64,000 nucleotides of DNA from an uncultured Clostridia bacterium (lineage in GTDB: Bacteria; Bacillota; Clostridia; TANB77; CAG-508), in NCBI GenBank assembly GCA_934149275.1, contig CAKPEG010000008.1, positions 210-64,209 of the forward strand, read 5' to 3'. Under the pieces are notes generated by a model. It was not told the origin of the DNA and ran no database searches. It worked only from the letters and a program-made list of their open reading frames with translations. A program made the position numbers and the translations under genes. This document shows positions 9,358-18,697 of this stretch, piece by piece; the stretch's first letter is position 1; each line of letters starts with the position of its first letter.

Positions 9358-10605
9358 ATGATACAAAAACCAAAGGGAACTAAGGATATATTGCCTGATG
9401 AAGTTTATAAATGGCAATATATTGAAAGCAAAATAAAAGACATTTTTGAGAATGCTGGAATGAAGGAGATTAGGGTTCCTGTTTTTGAACACACAGAATT
9501 ATTTTCTAGAGGTGTTGGAGAGACTACTGATGTTGTTCAAAAGGAAATGTATACTTTTGAAGATAAAGGCGGAAGAAGTATTACATTGAGACCTGAAGGA
9601 ACAGCTGGTGTTGTTAGAAGTTACATAGAAAATGGTATGGCAAGTCAGCCCACTCCAATTAAGTTATGGTATGAGATGGCTATGTACCGTTATGAAAATG
9701 TTCAAAAAGGACGTTTGAGAGAATTTAGACAAATTGGTACTGAAGTTTTTGGTACTTCAAGTTATTTAGCTGATGTTGAGTGTATTATGTTAGGTGTTAA
9801 AATATTTAAAGAATTGAATATTCCTAATATTAAATTGAATTTGAATAGTATTGGTTGTCCTGAGTGCAGAAGAACATATCAGGAAGCTTTGAGAGAATTT
9901 ATTAGACCAAATTTAGAAAAGTATTGTGATACTTGCAAAACTAGATTTGAAAAAAATCCTATGAGAATTCTTGATTGCAAAGAGAAAAAATGTAAAGAAA
10001 TGAATCAAGGAGCTCCTATTATATTAGATTATTTATGTGATGATTGTAGAGAACACTTTGATAAAGTTAAGAAAATGCTTACAGATTTAGGTGTTGATTT
10101 TGAGATTGATGCAGGAATTGTTAGAGGATTAGATTATTATACAAGAACTGTTTTTGAATTTGTTTCTGAGGATGATGGTTTAACAGTTCTTGGTGGTGGA
10201 CGTTATGATGGTTTAGTGAAAGAAGTTGGTGGGCAAGATACTCCTGCTGTTGGATTTGCAATGGGTGCAGAAAGACTTCTTGAAGTTTTTGAAAGATATA
10301 ATAAAGATGTTGCTAAACCAAAAGTAATGGATTTATATGTAGCTAATATTGGTGAAAAGGCAAATGAATTTGCGACAGAGCTTGTTTTAAAACTTCGTGA
10401 TAAAGGCGTTTTTGTTGAGAAGGATATTTGTGAAAGAAGTTTAAAGGCTCAATTTAAATATGCTGATAAAAATAATGCAAAATTTGTTTTGACTTTGGGT
10501 GATGATGAAGTTGAAACTAAAAAAGCTAAAATTAAAAATATGCAATCTGGTGAGGAAACTGAAGTTGAATTAAATGCTGATGAGATTGTTAAAGTAATAA
10601 TGTAA
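9358..10605 (+). CDS. hisS: Histidine--tRNA ligase
   Basis: Class II HisRS motifs (RPEGTAGVVR, YRYENVQKGRLREFRQ, GGGRYDGL). ATG 9358 follows AAGGAG at 9343-9348; the track start at 9349 is probably too early. Confidence 0.9.
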   Translation: MIQKPKGTKDILPDEVYKWQYIESKIKDIFENAGMKEIRVPVFEHTELFSRGVGETTDVVQKEMYTFEDKGGRSITLRPEGTAGVVRSYIENGMASQPTPIKLWYEMAMYRYENVQKGRLREFRQIGTEVFGTSSYLADVECIMLGVKIFKELNIPNIKLNLNSIGCPECRRTYQEALREFIRPNLEKYCDTCKTRFEKNPMRILDCKEKKCKEMNQGAPIILDYLCDDCREHFDKVKKMLTDLGVDFEIDAGIVRGLDYYTRTVFEFVSEDDGLTVLGGGRYDGLVKEVGGQDTPAVGFAMGAERLLEVFERYNKDVAKPKVMDLYVANIGEKANEFATELVLKLRDKGVFVEKDICERSLKAQFKYADKNNAKFVLTLGDDEVETKKAKIKNMQSGEETEVELNADEIVKVIM

Positions 10606-10725
10606 TAAATGGTGTTGGCTTAAATAGCCTTGACCATGAAAATAAAAAATGTAGTATGTCCTAAAATAAAGTTCTATATTAAATTTTGAATCATATATTA
10701 TATAAAGTAGATATATGAGGTAGAA

Positions 10726-11832
10726 ATGGTAAATTTTAGAGTTGTTAGATTAGGTGATGTTTTAAGAAATCTAGTAAAAGTTGTAATACTAATGGGTTGT
10801 ATTATGATATTTGCTAGATTTTTTAATGGAATTAAAAAGATAAATTTTCAGCAATTTGTTGAGAACAGAAAACGTGAAATAGAAGGAAAAACTTTTATTG
10901 AATGTCTTGAGGAAAATTTGGATGATGGTACTATTAAAGAAAAGATGGATAAGGAAAATTTGATATCTAAAGAGTTGGATTTTATAGTTCAAGCTTCGAA
11001 TCCTCCGGAAGAGGATGAACATATTGAGGCAGTTGAAGAAGCGGTTATTCAACCAGTTCAGCAAGATGAGGTTGTGCCGACTTCTCTTGCTACACAGGTG
11101 GTATCTGAACATAATAAAAAGGATGTTTATAATTCTACATATTCTACAGTTCAAATTAGAAATCAAACTTCTTTTCAATTAACTCAAGAAATGCTTACTC
11201 CTGATATTACTTTTGATAAAAGTAATATCATTATTTTTCATACTCATACAAGTGAGAGCTATACACCATCAGAAGCATATCCATATGTGGCAAGTGGCAA
11301 TTATAGAACCTTAGATACTAATGCAAATGTTGTTGGTGTTGGAAATGAATTAGCTAATAGACTTATTCAAAAAAATATTAATGTTGTGCATGATTCTACC
11401 TTTCATGATTATCCTGAGTATAATGGTGCGTATACGAGGTCTTTGAAAACTGTTCAAGGCTTACTTGGTTCTACTCCTGCAGATTTGGTTATTGATTTAC
11501 ATAGAGATGCAATTGCTGATAGTAGTTATGGACCTAGTGTGATGATTGGTGAGGAGAAAGTTGCACAGCTTATGTTTGTTATGGGAAGTAGTGAAGGTGG
11601 CTTAAGTCATCCTAATTGGATTAATAATTTGAAAATTGCTGTGAAAATTCAAGAAAAGGCAAATGAGATGTATCCTGGGTTGTTTAAGCCTATTTTGCTT
11701 AGTAAGTATAGGTATAATGAACATTTGGCTAAGGGGTCTTGTATTATAGAAGTTGGTGCGACTGGGAACACTATGGATGAGTGTGTTGCGAGTATGAAGT
11801 ATTTGGCTGAGGTGATTTCGGCTGTTGAATAA
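10726..11832 (+). CDS. spoIIP: Stage II sporulation protein P
   Basis: N-terminal membrane anchor. SpoIIP-type IIIFHTHTSESY and DLHRD motifs. Confidence 0.75.
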   Translation: MVNFRVVRLGDVLRNLVKVVILMGCIMIFARFFNGIKKINFQQFVENRKREIEGKTFIECLEENLDDGTIKEKMDKENLISKELDFIVQASNPPEEDEHIEAVEEAVIQPVQQDEVVPTSLATQVVSEHNKKDVYNSTYSTVQIRNQTSFQLTQEMLTPDITFDKSNIIIFHTHTSESYTPSEAYPYVASGNYRTLDTNANVVGVGNELANRLIQKNINVVHDSTFHDYPEYNGAYTRSLKTVQGLLGSTPADLVIDLHRDAIADSSYGPSVMIGEEKVAQLMFVMGSSEGGLSHPNWINNLKIAVKIQEKANEMYPGLFKPILLSKYRYNEHLAKGSCIIEVGATGNTMDECVASMKYLAEVISAVE

Positions 11833-12013
11833 ATATTGAAATTTTTCGTCAAGTAAAAAGTTAAACATTATTCTGTAATGCAAATACAATTTGTATAAGT
11901 AAAAGCAATATTTTAGTGTTAAAATATTTATTTTTTTCATATTTGTTCGCTATATTGTATTGATTAAAAATTTTTTTATAATTATAATTAAGACAGTTAA
12001 AGGAGGAGATATA

Positions 12014-13315
12014 ATGATTAAATTTGATTTTAAAAATTCTAGTATAAATGAAAGAATGATATATAAAATGGAGGAGATGGTCTTAGAAAACCATAATAAA
12101 TTGCATGAAAATCCTGATGATGAAAAGCAATTTTTGGGTTGGGTTAATCTTCCTGAAAATTATGATAAAAAAGAATTTGAAAGAATAAAGAAAGCTGCAA
12201 ATAAAATTCAAAATGATTCTGATGTTTTGATTGTTATTGGTATTGGTGGTTCTTATTTAGGTGCTAGAGCTGTTATTGAAGCTCTTACAAATTGTTTTTA
12301 CAATATGTTACCAGCTAAGAAAAGAAATAATCCTATGATTGTATATGCTGGAAATAATTTAAGTCCTAATTATTTAAATGATTTATTAAATTTAATTGGT
12401 GAAAGAGATATTTCTCTTAATGTTATTTCAAAATCTGGAACTACTACTGAACCTGCAATTGCGTTTAGAGTTTTAAGAGAAGCTATTGAAACTAAGTATG
12501 GCGTTGAAGAGGCTAAGAAGAGAATTTATGTAACAACTGATAAGAAGAAGGGAGCTTTGAAGGGTGTTGCTGATGAAGAAAATTATGAAACTTTTGTTAT
12601 TCCTGATAATGTTGGTGGAAGATTTTCTGTTTTAACTGCTGTTGGTTTGTTACCTATTGCAACTGCTGGAATTGATATAGACAAGCTTATGCAAGGTGCA
12701 AGAGATGCAAGAGAAAAATATATGGATCCAAGTGTAAAATTTAATGATTGTTATAAATATGCAGTTATAAGAAATTTACTTTATTCTTCAGATAAAAAAA
12801 TTGAGGTTCTTGCTAATTATGAACCACAACTTCATTATTTTACAGAGTGGTGGAAACAGCTTTATGGCGAGAGCGAAGGAAAAGATGGCAAAGGAATTTT
12901 CCCTGCTGGAGTTGATTTAACAACGGATTTACATTCAATGGGACAATATATTCAAGATGGTGAGAGACACTTATTTGAAACAGTTTTAGCTGTTGAAGAA
13001 TCAAAGAGCGATATAGTTGTAAAAGAAGATTCTGATAATGCTGATGGATTGAATTATTTAGCTGGTAAAGGATTAGATTTTATTAATAAAAAGGCGATGG
13101 AAGGTACAATTGAAGCACACGTTACTGGAAATGTGCCAAATATAAAGATTACAATGGATAAACTTGATGAAGAAAATTTAGGACAATTGATTTATTTCTT
13201 TGAAAAGGCTTGTGCTATGTCTGGTTTAATTTTAGGAGTTAATCCATTTAACCAACCAGGTGTTGAAGAATATAAAAAGAATATGTTTAGATTGTTAGAG
13301 AAACCTGGGTACTAA
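12014..13315 (+). CDS. pgi: Glucose-6-phosphate isomerase
   Basis: PGI motifs ([29 protein letters not shown]). ATG 12014 follows AAAGGAGGAG; the track start at 11960 is too early. Confidence 0.9.
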   Translation: MIKFDFKNSSINERMIYKMEEMVLENHNKLHENPDDEKQFLGWVNLPENYDKKEFERIKKAANKIQNDSDVLIVIGIGGSYLGARAVIEALTNCFYNMLPAKKRNNPMIVYAGNNLSPNYLNDLLNLIGERDISLNVISKSGTTTEPAIAFRVLREAIETKYGVEEAKKRIYVTTDKKKGALKGVADEENYETFVIPDNVGGRFSVLTAVGLLPIATAGIDIDKLMQGARDAREKYMDPSVKFNDCYKYAVIRNLLYSSDKKIEVLANYEPQLHYFTEWWKQLYGESEGKDGKGIFPAGVDLTTDLHSMGQYIQDGERHLFETVLAVEESKSDIVVKEDSDNADGLNYLAGKGLDFINKKAMEGTIEAHVTGNVPNIKITMDKLDEENLGQLIYFFEKACAMSGLILGVNPFNQPGVEEYKKNMFRLLEKPGY

Positions 13316-13331
13316 TATTGTGTGATTGATG

Positions 13332-13372
13332 AACGGTCATGTGGCATTAAAGGCAATGCTATGTGACCGTTT
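13332..13372 (+). terminator. Hairpin downstream of pgi
   Basis: AACGGTCA...TGACCGTT outer stem with an inner GCATT/AATGC stem. The trailing T-run is weak. Confidence 0.55.
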
Positions 13373-13453
13373 ATGTATGAAAGAACGTTTAGGTAATAAT
13401 CTTGACTGGTGTGATATAATAAGAGCATCAAACATAGATAGGAGGTTTCTGAT

Positions 13454-14383
13454 ATGCGGAAATCTAGCAAAAAGAGAGTTCTCATTCTTTCAATAATGCT
13501 ATTAGTAACTTTGCTATTCGTTTGTCGGTATATTCCATATATTAAGCCAGTTTCTGTTGAAGCAGTTGAGCATTTAGACTCAGTTCTTGAAATACATATG
13601 ATTGATGTTGGACAAGCTGAATCAATTTTAATTGTTCAAGGAAAAAATGCAATGCTGATTGATACAGGTGATATGTTTGATGGTAAAACTGTTGTTAGAT
13701 ATTTGCAATGTGTTGGTATTAATAAGCTGGATGCTGTAATCATAACTCATTATCATAATGACCATTCAGGTGGTATGCATGATGTGTTGAGCGCGATTGA
13801 TGTTAAAAAAGTTGTAGGAATGCGTGGAAAGTATATTTCTACTATGCAAGAACTTTTTTGGTATTCAGATATGCAAATTTCTCGTACAGTTTCATCGATG
13901 GTTCATTTGAAGAGAATATCTTTAGAATCGCCTTACAAAGAAGCAGGAATTCTTAGAACAATGTGGCTTGGTGATGCAGAAGTTGATTTTTTATCTCAGG
14001 AAACACATACTGATATTGTTAATAACAAATCTATTGTTATGAAAGTATCGTATAAAGACGTTTCGGCTTTGTTTACAGGAGATTCTCAGAAAGAGGTTGA
14101 GGATAGTCTTTTGGAAGCAGAGATTGATGTTTCAGCAGATATTTTAAATGTTGGACATCATGGGAGCAAAACTTCAACTAGTATGGATTTTCTTGAAAAG
14201 GTTAATCCTGAATATGCTCTTATTAGTTGTGGTGAAGACAATGAGTATGGTCATCCGAACTCATTTGTTATGGAAAAACTACAGAATCAGAAAGCGAGAG
14301 TGTATAGGACTGATTTGGATGGAGATGTTGTATTGGAAACCGATGGAACGAAGGAAGGTATAATGGTTATGACGAGTAAATAG
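13454..14383 (+). CDS. Membrane-anchored MBL-fold hydrolase, ComEC C-terminal-domain type
   Basis: N-terminal TM anchor. HYHNDHSGG and VGHHGSKTS motifs typical of the ComEC/Rec2 lactamase-B domain. SD TAGGAGG upstream. Confidence 0.7.
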   Translation: MRKSSKKRVLILSIMLLVTLLFVCRYIPYIKPVSVEAVEHLDSVLEIHMIDVGQAESILIVQGKNAMLIDTGDMFDGKTVVRYLQCVGINKLDAVIITHYHNDHSGGMHDVLSAIDVKKVVGMRGKYISTMQELFWYSDMQISRTVSSMVHLKRISLESPYKEAGILRTMWLGDAEVDFLSQETHTDIVNNKSIVMKVSYKDVSALFTGDSQKEVEDSLLEAEIDVSADILNVGHHGSKTSTSMDFLEKVNPEYALISCGEDNEYGHPNSFVMEKLQNQKARVYRTDLDGDVVLETDGTKEGIMVMTSK

Positions 14384-14397
14384 AATGAGGACGCAAA

Positions 14398-14436
14398 AAG
14401 ACTGTGTGTGAAATGTTGCACACAGTCTTCTTCTGT
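14398..14436 (+). terminator. Hairpin terminator
   Basis: AAGACTGTGTG/CACACAGTCTT 11-bp stem followed by a T-rich tail. Confidence 0.6.
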
Positions 14437-14478
14437 GTTAGTATTATAGAAGTAAATTAAAATTAGATAGAGGAAAAA

Positions 14479-16359
14479 ATGAATTATACAATAATAAATG
14501 GCGCTGTTGAATTTGGTGCGGAAACAATATTAGAAGAAATAAATTTTGAGATTAAAGGAAAAGATAAGATAGCGGTTGTTGGTAGAAATGGTGCTGGAAA
14601 GTCTACTCTTTTAAAAGCTATTATAAATAATGAAATGCTTACTGAAGGAATTGGTGAGGAAAAATTTGGTATTTATAAAGAAGGTAGTCCGGTTATTGGC
14701 TATTTGAAGCAGATAGAGTTTGAAGATGATTCTGTTACTATGCTTGATGAACTTTTAAAGGTGTATAAGTCAATAATAGATTTGGAAAATAAGATTCAAA
14801 AGTTAGTTAAACAGATGGAAACAGATAAGTCTGAGAAGCTTGCTATGGAATATTCCAAGGCAATGGATCGTTATGAATTTTTAGATGGTTATACATATAA
14901 AAAAGAATATGAAACGGTTATTAATAAATTTGGATTTTCTGCAGAGGATAAAAATAAAAAGATTTCAGAATTTTCAGGTGGTCAAAGAACTAAAATAGCA
15001 TTTATGAAGTTGCTTTTAAGTAAGCCAGATATTTTGCTTTTAGATGAACCAACAAATCATTTGGATGTTTCTACAATTGAATGGTTAGAAGGTTATTTGA
15101 AAAACTATCCTAGAGCTGTTGTTATTGTTTCTCATGATAGAATGTTTTTAGATAAAATTGCTAATAAAGTTTATGAAATTGAATATGGAGCAATTACTAA
15201 ATATACTGGAAATTATAGTAATTTTGAAAGGCAAAAGAAAGTTAATTATGAAAAGCAGTTGAAGGATTATGAATATCAGCAAGCTGAGATAAAGAGATTG
15301 ATGAGAGTTGTGGAAAGGTTTAGATATAAAGCTTCTAAGGCTAAGATGGCTCAAGCTAAGTTAAAGCAAATTGAACATATGGTAAAAATAAAGGAACCAA
15401 GTAAGTATGATTTGACTACTTTTAGAACTAATTTTGCCTTAGAAAAAGAGAGCGGAAGAGATATTTTACATGTGAAAAATTTGGAGATTGGTTATGATAA
15501 GCCAATTCAAAATGTGACATTTGATTTATATAGAGGGCAAAAGCTTGGTGTAATTGGTGAGAATGGAATTGGAAAGTCAACATTACTAAAAACGATTGTT
15601 GGAAGTATTGAAAAGCTTGGTGGAGAGGTTGAGTTTGGACATAATGTTGAGATAGGATATTTTGACCAGCAGATGGCTTTACTAGATTCAGAAAAGACAG
15701 TTTTTGATGATTTTGCAACTGATTTTCCTGGTTTAACTACAACAGAAATTAGAAATTCTTTAGCTGCATTTATGTTTTACGGAGAAGATGTTTTTAAGAA
15801 AATTAGTATGCTTTCAGGTGGCGAAAAAGTTAGATTAGAACTTGCAAAAATATTGAAGAAGGGACCTAATTTCTTGATTTTAGATGAGCCTACAAATCAT
15901 ATGGATATTGTAGGTAAGGAAAGTTTGGAGAGATTGCTTTCTGAATATAAAGGAACTATTTTAGTTGTATCTCATGATAGATTTTTCATAAATAAAATTG
16001 CTGATTCATTATTAATCTTTTCAAAGAATGGTGTTAAATTTTTTGATGGCAATTATGAAAAGTATGAAGAAGAGAAAAAAGATGAGATTGTTGAAAAGGT
16101 TGAAGTAGCGAAAAAAGAAAAGAGTACTAATAATTTGTACTTGCAACAAAAAGAAGAGGCAAGAAGATTAGCAAGAGTAAAGAAAATTGAAAGAGAAATT
16201 GATGTACTTGATGGGAAAATTGCTGAGCTAAAATTGGAGTTGCAAAAGGAAGAAGTTTATACTGATTATGAGAAATTAACAGAAGTGCAAAGCAAGATAG
16301 ATGAATTAGAAAAAAGAAATAATGAACTAATGGAAGAGTGGGAGAAGTTAGAGAGTTAA
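14479..16359 (+). CDS. ABC-F family ATPase (no transmembrane domain)
   Basis: Two Walker A sites (GRNGAGKST, GENGIGKST). Two signatures (FSGGQ, LSGGE). Inter-domain linker and charged coiled-coil C-terminus. Confidence 0.85.
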   Translation: MNYTIINGAVEFGAETILEEINFEIKGKDKIAVVGRNGAGKSTLLKAIINNEMLTEGIGEEKFGIYKEGSPVIGYLKQIEFEDDSVTMLDELLKVYKSIIDLENKIQKLVKQMETDKSEKLAMEYSKAMDRYEFLDGYTYKKEYETVINKFGFSAEDKNKKISEFSGGQRTKIAFMKLLLSKPDILLLDEPTNHLDVSTIEWLEGYLKNYPRAVVIVSHDRMFLDKIANKVYEIEYGAITKYTGNYSNFERQKKVNYEKQLKDYEYQQAEIKRLMRVVERFRYKASKAKMAQAKLKQIEHMVKIKEPSKYDLTTFRTNFALEKESGRDILHVKNLEIGYDKPIQNVTFDLYRGQKLGVIGENGIGKSTLLKTIVGSIEKLGGEVEFGHNVEIGYFDQQMALLDSEKTVFDDFATDFPGLTTTEIRNSLAAFMFYGEDVFKKISMLSGGEKVRLELAKILKKGPNFLILDEPTNHMDIVGKESLERLLSEYKGTILVVSHDRFFINKIADSLLIFSKNGVKFFDGNYEKYEEEKKDEIVEKVEVAKKEKSTNNLYLQQKEEARRLARVKKIEREIDVLDGKIAELKLELQKEEVYTDYEKLTEVQSKIDELEKRNNELMEEWEKLES

Positions 16360-16383
16360 TAGAAAATACAGATATTATAAAAT

Positions 16384-16423
16384 GAACCCAAAGTGTTAGA
16401 TGAAAGTTTAACATTTTGGGTTC
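16384..16423. terminator. Bidirectional hairpin terminator between convergent genes
   Basis: GAACCCAAA...TTTGGGTTC stem flanked by A/T-rich runs. Confidence 0.7.
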
Positions 16424-16432
16424 ACTATATTT

Positions 16433-17179
16433 TTATGCATTTACTAAATCATTTATAATTTCTTCTTCTGTTTTGAAGAAATTCGAGGTTAATATAGAAT
16501 GTTGTTTTTTATTGAAAAAACATTCTAATAGAGGTAGCTTGTGAGAGTCAAATTTTATTTCTTTTTCTTTTAAATATTTACAAGTGAATAGCTTGCATGT
16601 GATGCATTTTGTTGTACAGTTTCGATTTTGCTGATATTTACAAAGTTGTTCGTTTTTTATGAATTGAGGGGAAAAGAAACCGGCATATTCGAAAGAGTAA
16701 CAACATCCCATGATTGAATGCGCAGTTTTGTTTTCCCTGTTTGCAATACATTTATCGTTTTTGAAATCACATATATTTTTTTCTCTAAATTGATTGTCTA
16801 GGTAATCACAAACGTTTTCATATATTAAAGTATATTGTTCTTTTTTATTTGTTATTTCAAGTGCTTTTAAAGCTGTTTCAATATCTGAAATGTATTTAGT
16901 ATGTTCAGATTCTTGAATACTTGGAGTGTAGGTTAGTCCAAATTTAGAGCATAATTTTTTGAGTTTTATTAAGTTTTCTATAATCCATTTTGTTTCGTTA
17001 AAATCATCACTTGGGTTGATTATAAGATTAAATTGCTTTGTTAATTGTTTTATAATTTTGATTCCAATATGTGAGGTAGCATTTTTTATTTTTGATTTTG
17101 TTACGTAAATAGTGTTTGCTTCTAGTTGGCTTATTGGAGCCGAATAACTTATATAAATTGTATTTTTTATTTCGTTCAT
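16433..17179 (-). CDS. Cys-rich protein of unknown function
   Basis: ATG at 17179 follows GGAGG; the track start at 17212 is too early. The C-terminal half has about 15 Cys (C-x6-C-x14-CC; C-x7-C-x3-C-x2-C-x4-C). No family recognised. Confidence 0.55.
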   Translation of the reverse strand: MNEIKNTIYISYSAPISQLEANTIYVTKSKIKNATSHIGIKIIKQLTKQFNLIINPSDDFNETKWIIENLIKLKKLCSKFGLTYTPSIQESEHTKYISDIETALKALEITNKKEQYTLIYENVCDYLDNQFREKNICDFKNDKCIANRENKTAHSIMGCCYSFEYAGFFSPQFIKNEQLCKYQQNRNCTTKCITCKLFTCKYLKEKEIKFDSHKLPLLECFFNKKQHSILTSNFFKTEEEIINDLVNA

Positions 17180-17309
17180 TTTTTCCTCCATAAATTGTAT
17201 AGAGTATATCATATTGAGAAAAAAGAATATAGTTTTTATAATAAAAATTCAACTTGAAAAGCTACTATTTTAATAAGATAGGTTTTTTTGTTGATATTTC
17301 AACTTTTTC

Positions 17310-17339
17310 TTGCAATTCCTACCAAAATGGTAGTATAAT
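17310..17339 (+). promoter_or_regulatory. Promoter of the Rrf2 gene with a palindromic operator in the spacer
   Basis: TTGCAA (17310-17315), 18-nt spacer, TATAAT (17334-17339). Palindrome CTACCAAAATGGTAG at 17319-17333 and a TTCCTAC half-site. Confidence 0.55.
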
Positions 17340-17361
17340 AGATGATGTTGGAGGAAATAAT

Positions 17362-17763
17362 ATGAAAGTATCAAGTAAAGGAAGATATGCTCTTCGTATA
17401 ATGATAGATTTGGCGATGAATGATAATGGAAATTTTATTTCACTTAAAGAGATTGCTGAGAGAAATGGAATGTCTATGAAGTATTCAGAGCAAATTGTTT
17501 CTATGTTAAATAAGGCAGGTTATTTACAAACTGCTAGAGGAAATAATGGTGGTTATAAGTTAAATAGAAAACCTGAGGAATACAAGGTTGGAGATATCCT
17601 TAGAGCATCTGAAGGCGATTTAGCACCTATTATGTGTTTAGAGGAAGATGGAGTTTGTACAAGAAAGGAAAATTGTATTACTTATTCTTTTTGGGAAGGA
17701 CTTGATAAGGCTATTAATGATTATGTTGATAGTAAAACTCTTGCTGATTTAATCAGAAAATAG
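17362..17763 (+). CDS. Rrf2-family transcriptional regulator (IscR/CymR-like)
   Basis: N-terminal SSKGRYALRIMIDLA winged-helix signature. Three clustered Cys (CLEEDGVCTRKENC) consistent with Fe-S ligands. ATG 17362 follows GGAGGAA. Confidence 0.8.
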   Translation: MKVSSKGRYALRIMIDLAMNDNGNFISLKEIAERNGMSMKYSEQIVSMLNKAGYLQTARGNNGGYKLNRKPEEYKVGDILRASEGDLAPIMCLEEDGVCTRKENCITYSFWEGLDKAINDYVDSKTLADLIRK

Positions 17764-17765
17764 TA

Positions 17766-17806
17766 TTCCTATTGACTAGGTAGGAAATAGATGGTATAAT
17801 TCCTAC
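17766..17806 (+). promoter_or_regulatory. suf operon promoter with inverted TTCCTA/TAGGAA sites
   Basis: TTGACT (17772-17777), 17-nt spacer, TATAAT (17795-17800). TTCCTA at 17766-17771 is inverted with TAGGAA at 17781-17786. A third TTCCTAC lies at 17800-17806. Confidence 0.6.
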
Positions 17807-17945
17807 TGCGTTAGTATGAAAAAAGAAAAATATAAATTAATATATAAAAAGAAGTTATTAATTTAATTAATATAAAAATAAAAAATAAAGATAAATGAAG
17901 ATATCGAGAGATAACTATTCATTTATGGGGATAGGAGTTATTTTA

Positions 17946-18692
17946 ATGAATACATTATTGGACATTAAAGATTTATATGTAAATGCAGGAGAAAAGCAAA
18001 TTTTAAAAGGTCTTAATTTGCAAGTTAATAAGGGTGAGATTCATGTTATTATGGGGCCTAATGGAGCTGGAAAGTCAACTCTTGCTAATGTTATTTTAAA
18101 TAATCCTGAATATACTAAAAAATCAGGTGTTGTAGAATTTGATGGAGAAAATATTAATGAACTTACAACTGATAAAATTGCTAAAAAAGGTGTGTTCATG
18201 TCTTTCCAATCTCCAGAAGAGATTCCTGGAATTTCAAATATGAACTTTTTAAAATATGCTAAAGGAAAGATTACTGAAAAGCCTGTTAGAATATTTGAAT
18301 TTAAGAAGCAAGTTATGCAATATGCTGAAGAATTGAATATGAATCCTAAATTGGTTGAAAGAAATTTAAATGTTGGTTTTTCTGGTGGTGAGAAAAAGAA
18401 AAATGAAATTCTTCAAATGCTAGTATTAGAACCAAAATTGGCTATTCTTGATGAAACAGATTCTGGACTTGATGTTGATGCAATTAGAACTGTATCAAAA
18501 GGTATAGAAATGTTTAAATCTAGCGAAAATGCGGTTGTTATAATTACCCATAATACTCGTATTTTACAATATTTAGATGTTGATTATGTTCATGTTTTAG
18601 TTGATGGAAAGATTGTAAAAACAGGAGATGGAAGTTTGGCTAAAACAATAGAAGAAAATGGATATGAAGAATATAAGAGAAAAGAGGATTAG
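17946..18692 (+). CDS. sufC: Fe-S cluster assembly ATPase SufC
   Basis: Walker A GPNGAGKST, signature FSGGEKKK, D-loop. ATG 17946 is chosen over the track start at 17895. Confidence 0.9.
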   Translation: MNTLLDIKDLYVNAGEKQILKGLNLQVNKGEIHVIMGPNGAGKSTLANVILNNPEYTKKSGVVEFDGENINELTTDKIAKKGVFMSFQSPEEIPGISNMNFLKYAKGKITEKPVRIFEFKKQVMQYAEELNMNPKLVERNLNVGFSGGEKKKNEILQMLVLEPKLAILDETDSGLDVDAIRTVSKGIEMFKSSENAVVIITHNTRILQYLDVDYVHVLVDGKIVKTGDGSLAKTIEENGYEEYKRKED

Positions 18693-18697
18693 TTTTT

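Noticed and set aside
10789-11178. Long antisense or overlapping ORFs in the supplied track. Examples: 10789-11178(-), 30217-30657(-), 39289-39735(-), 44681-45037(-), 45588-46124(-), 42228-42491(-), 61155-61496(-), 26156-26350(+), 44880-45155(+).
   Set aside because: All are embedded in well-supported genes on the other strand or frame. They have I/L/F/N/K-rich low-complexity translations typical of AT-rich antisense frames, and they lack an SD.
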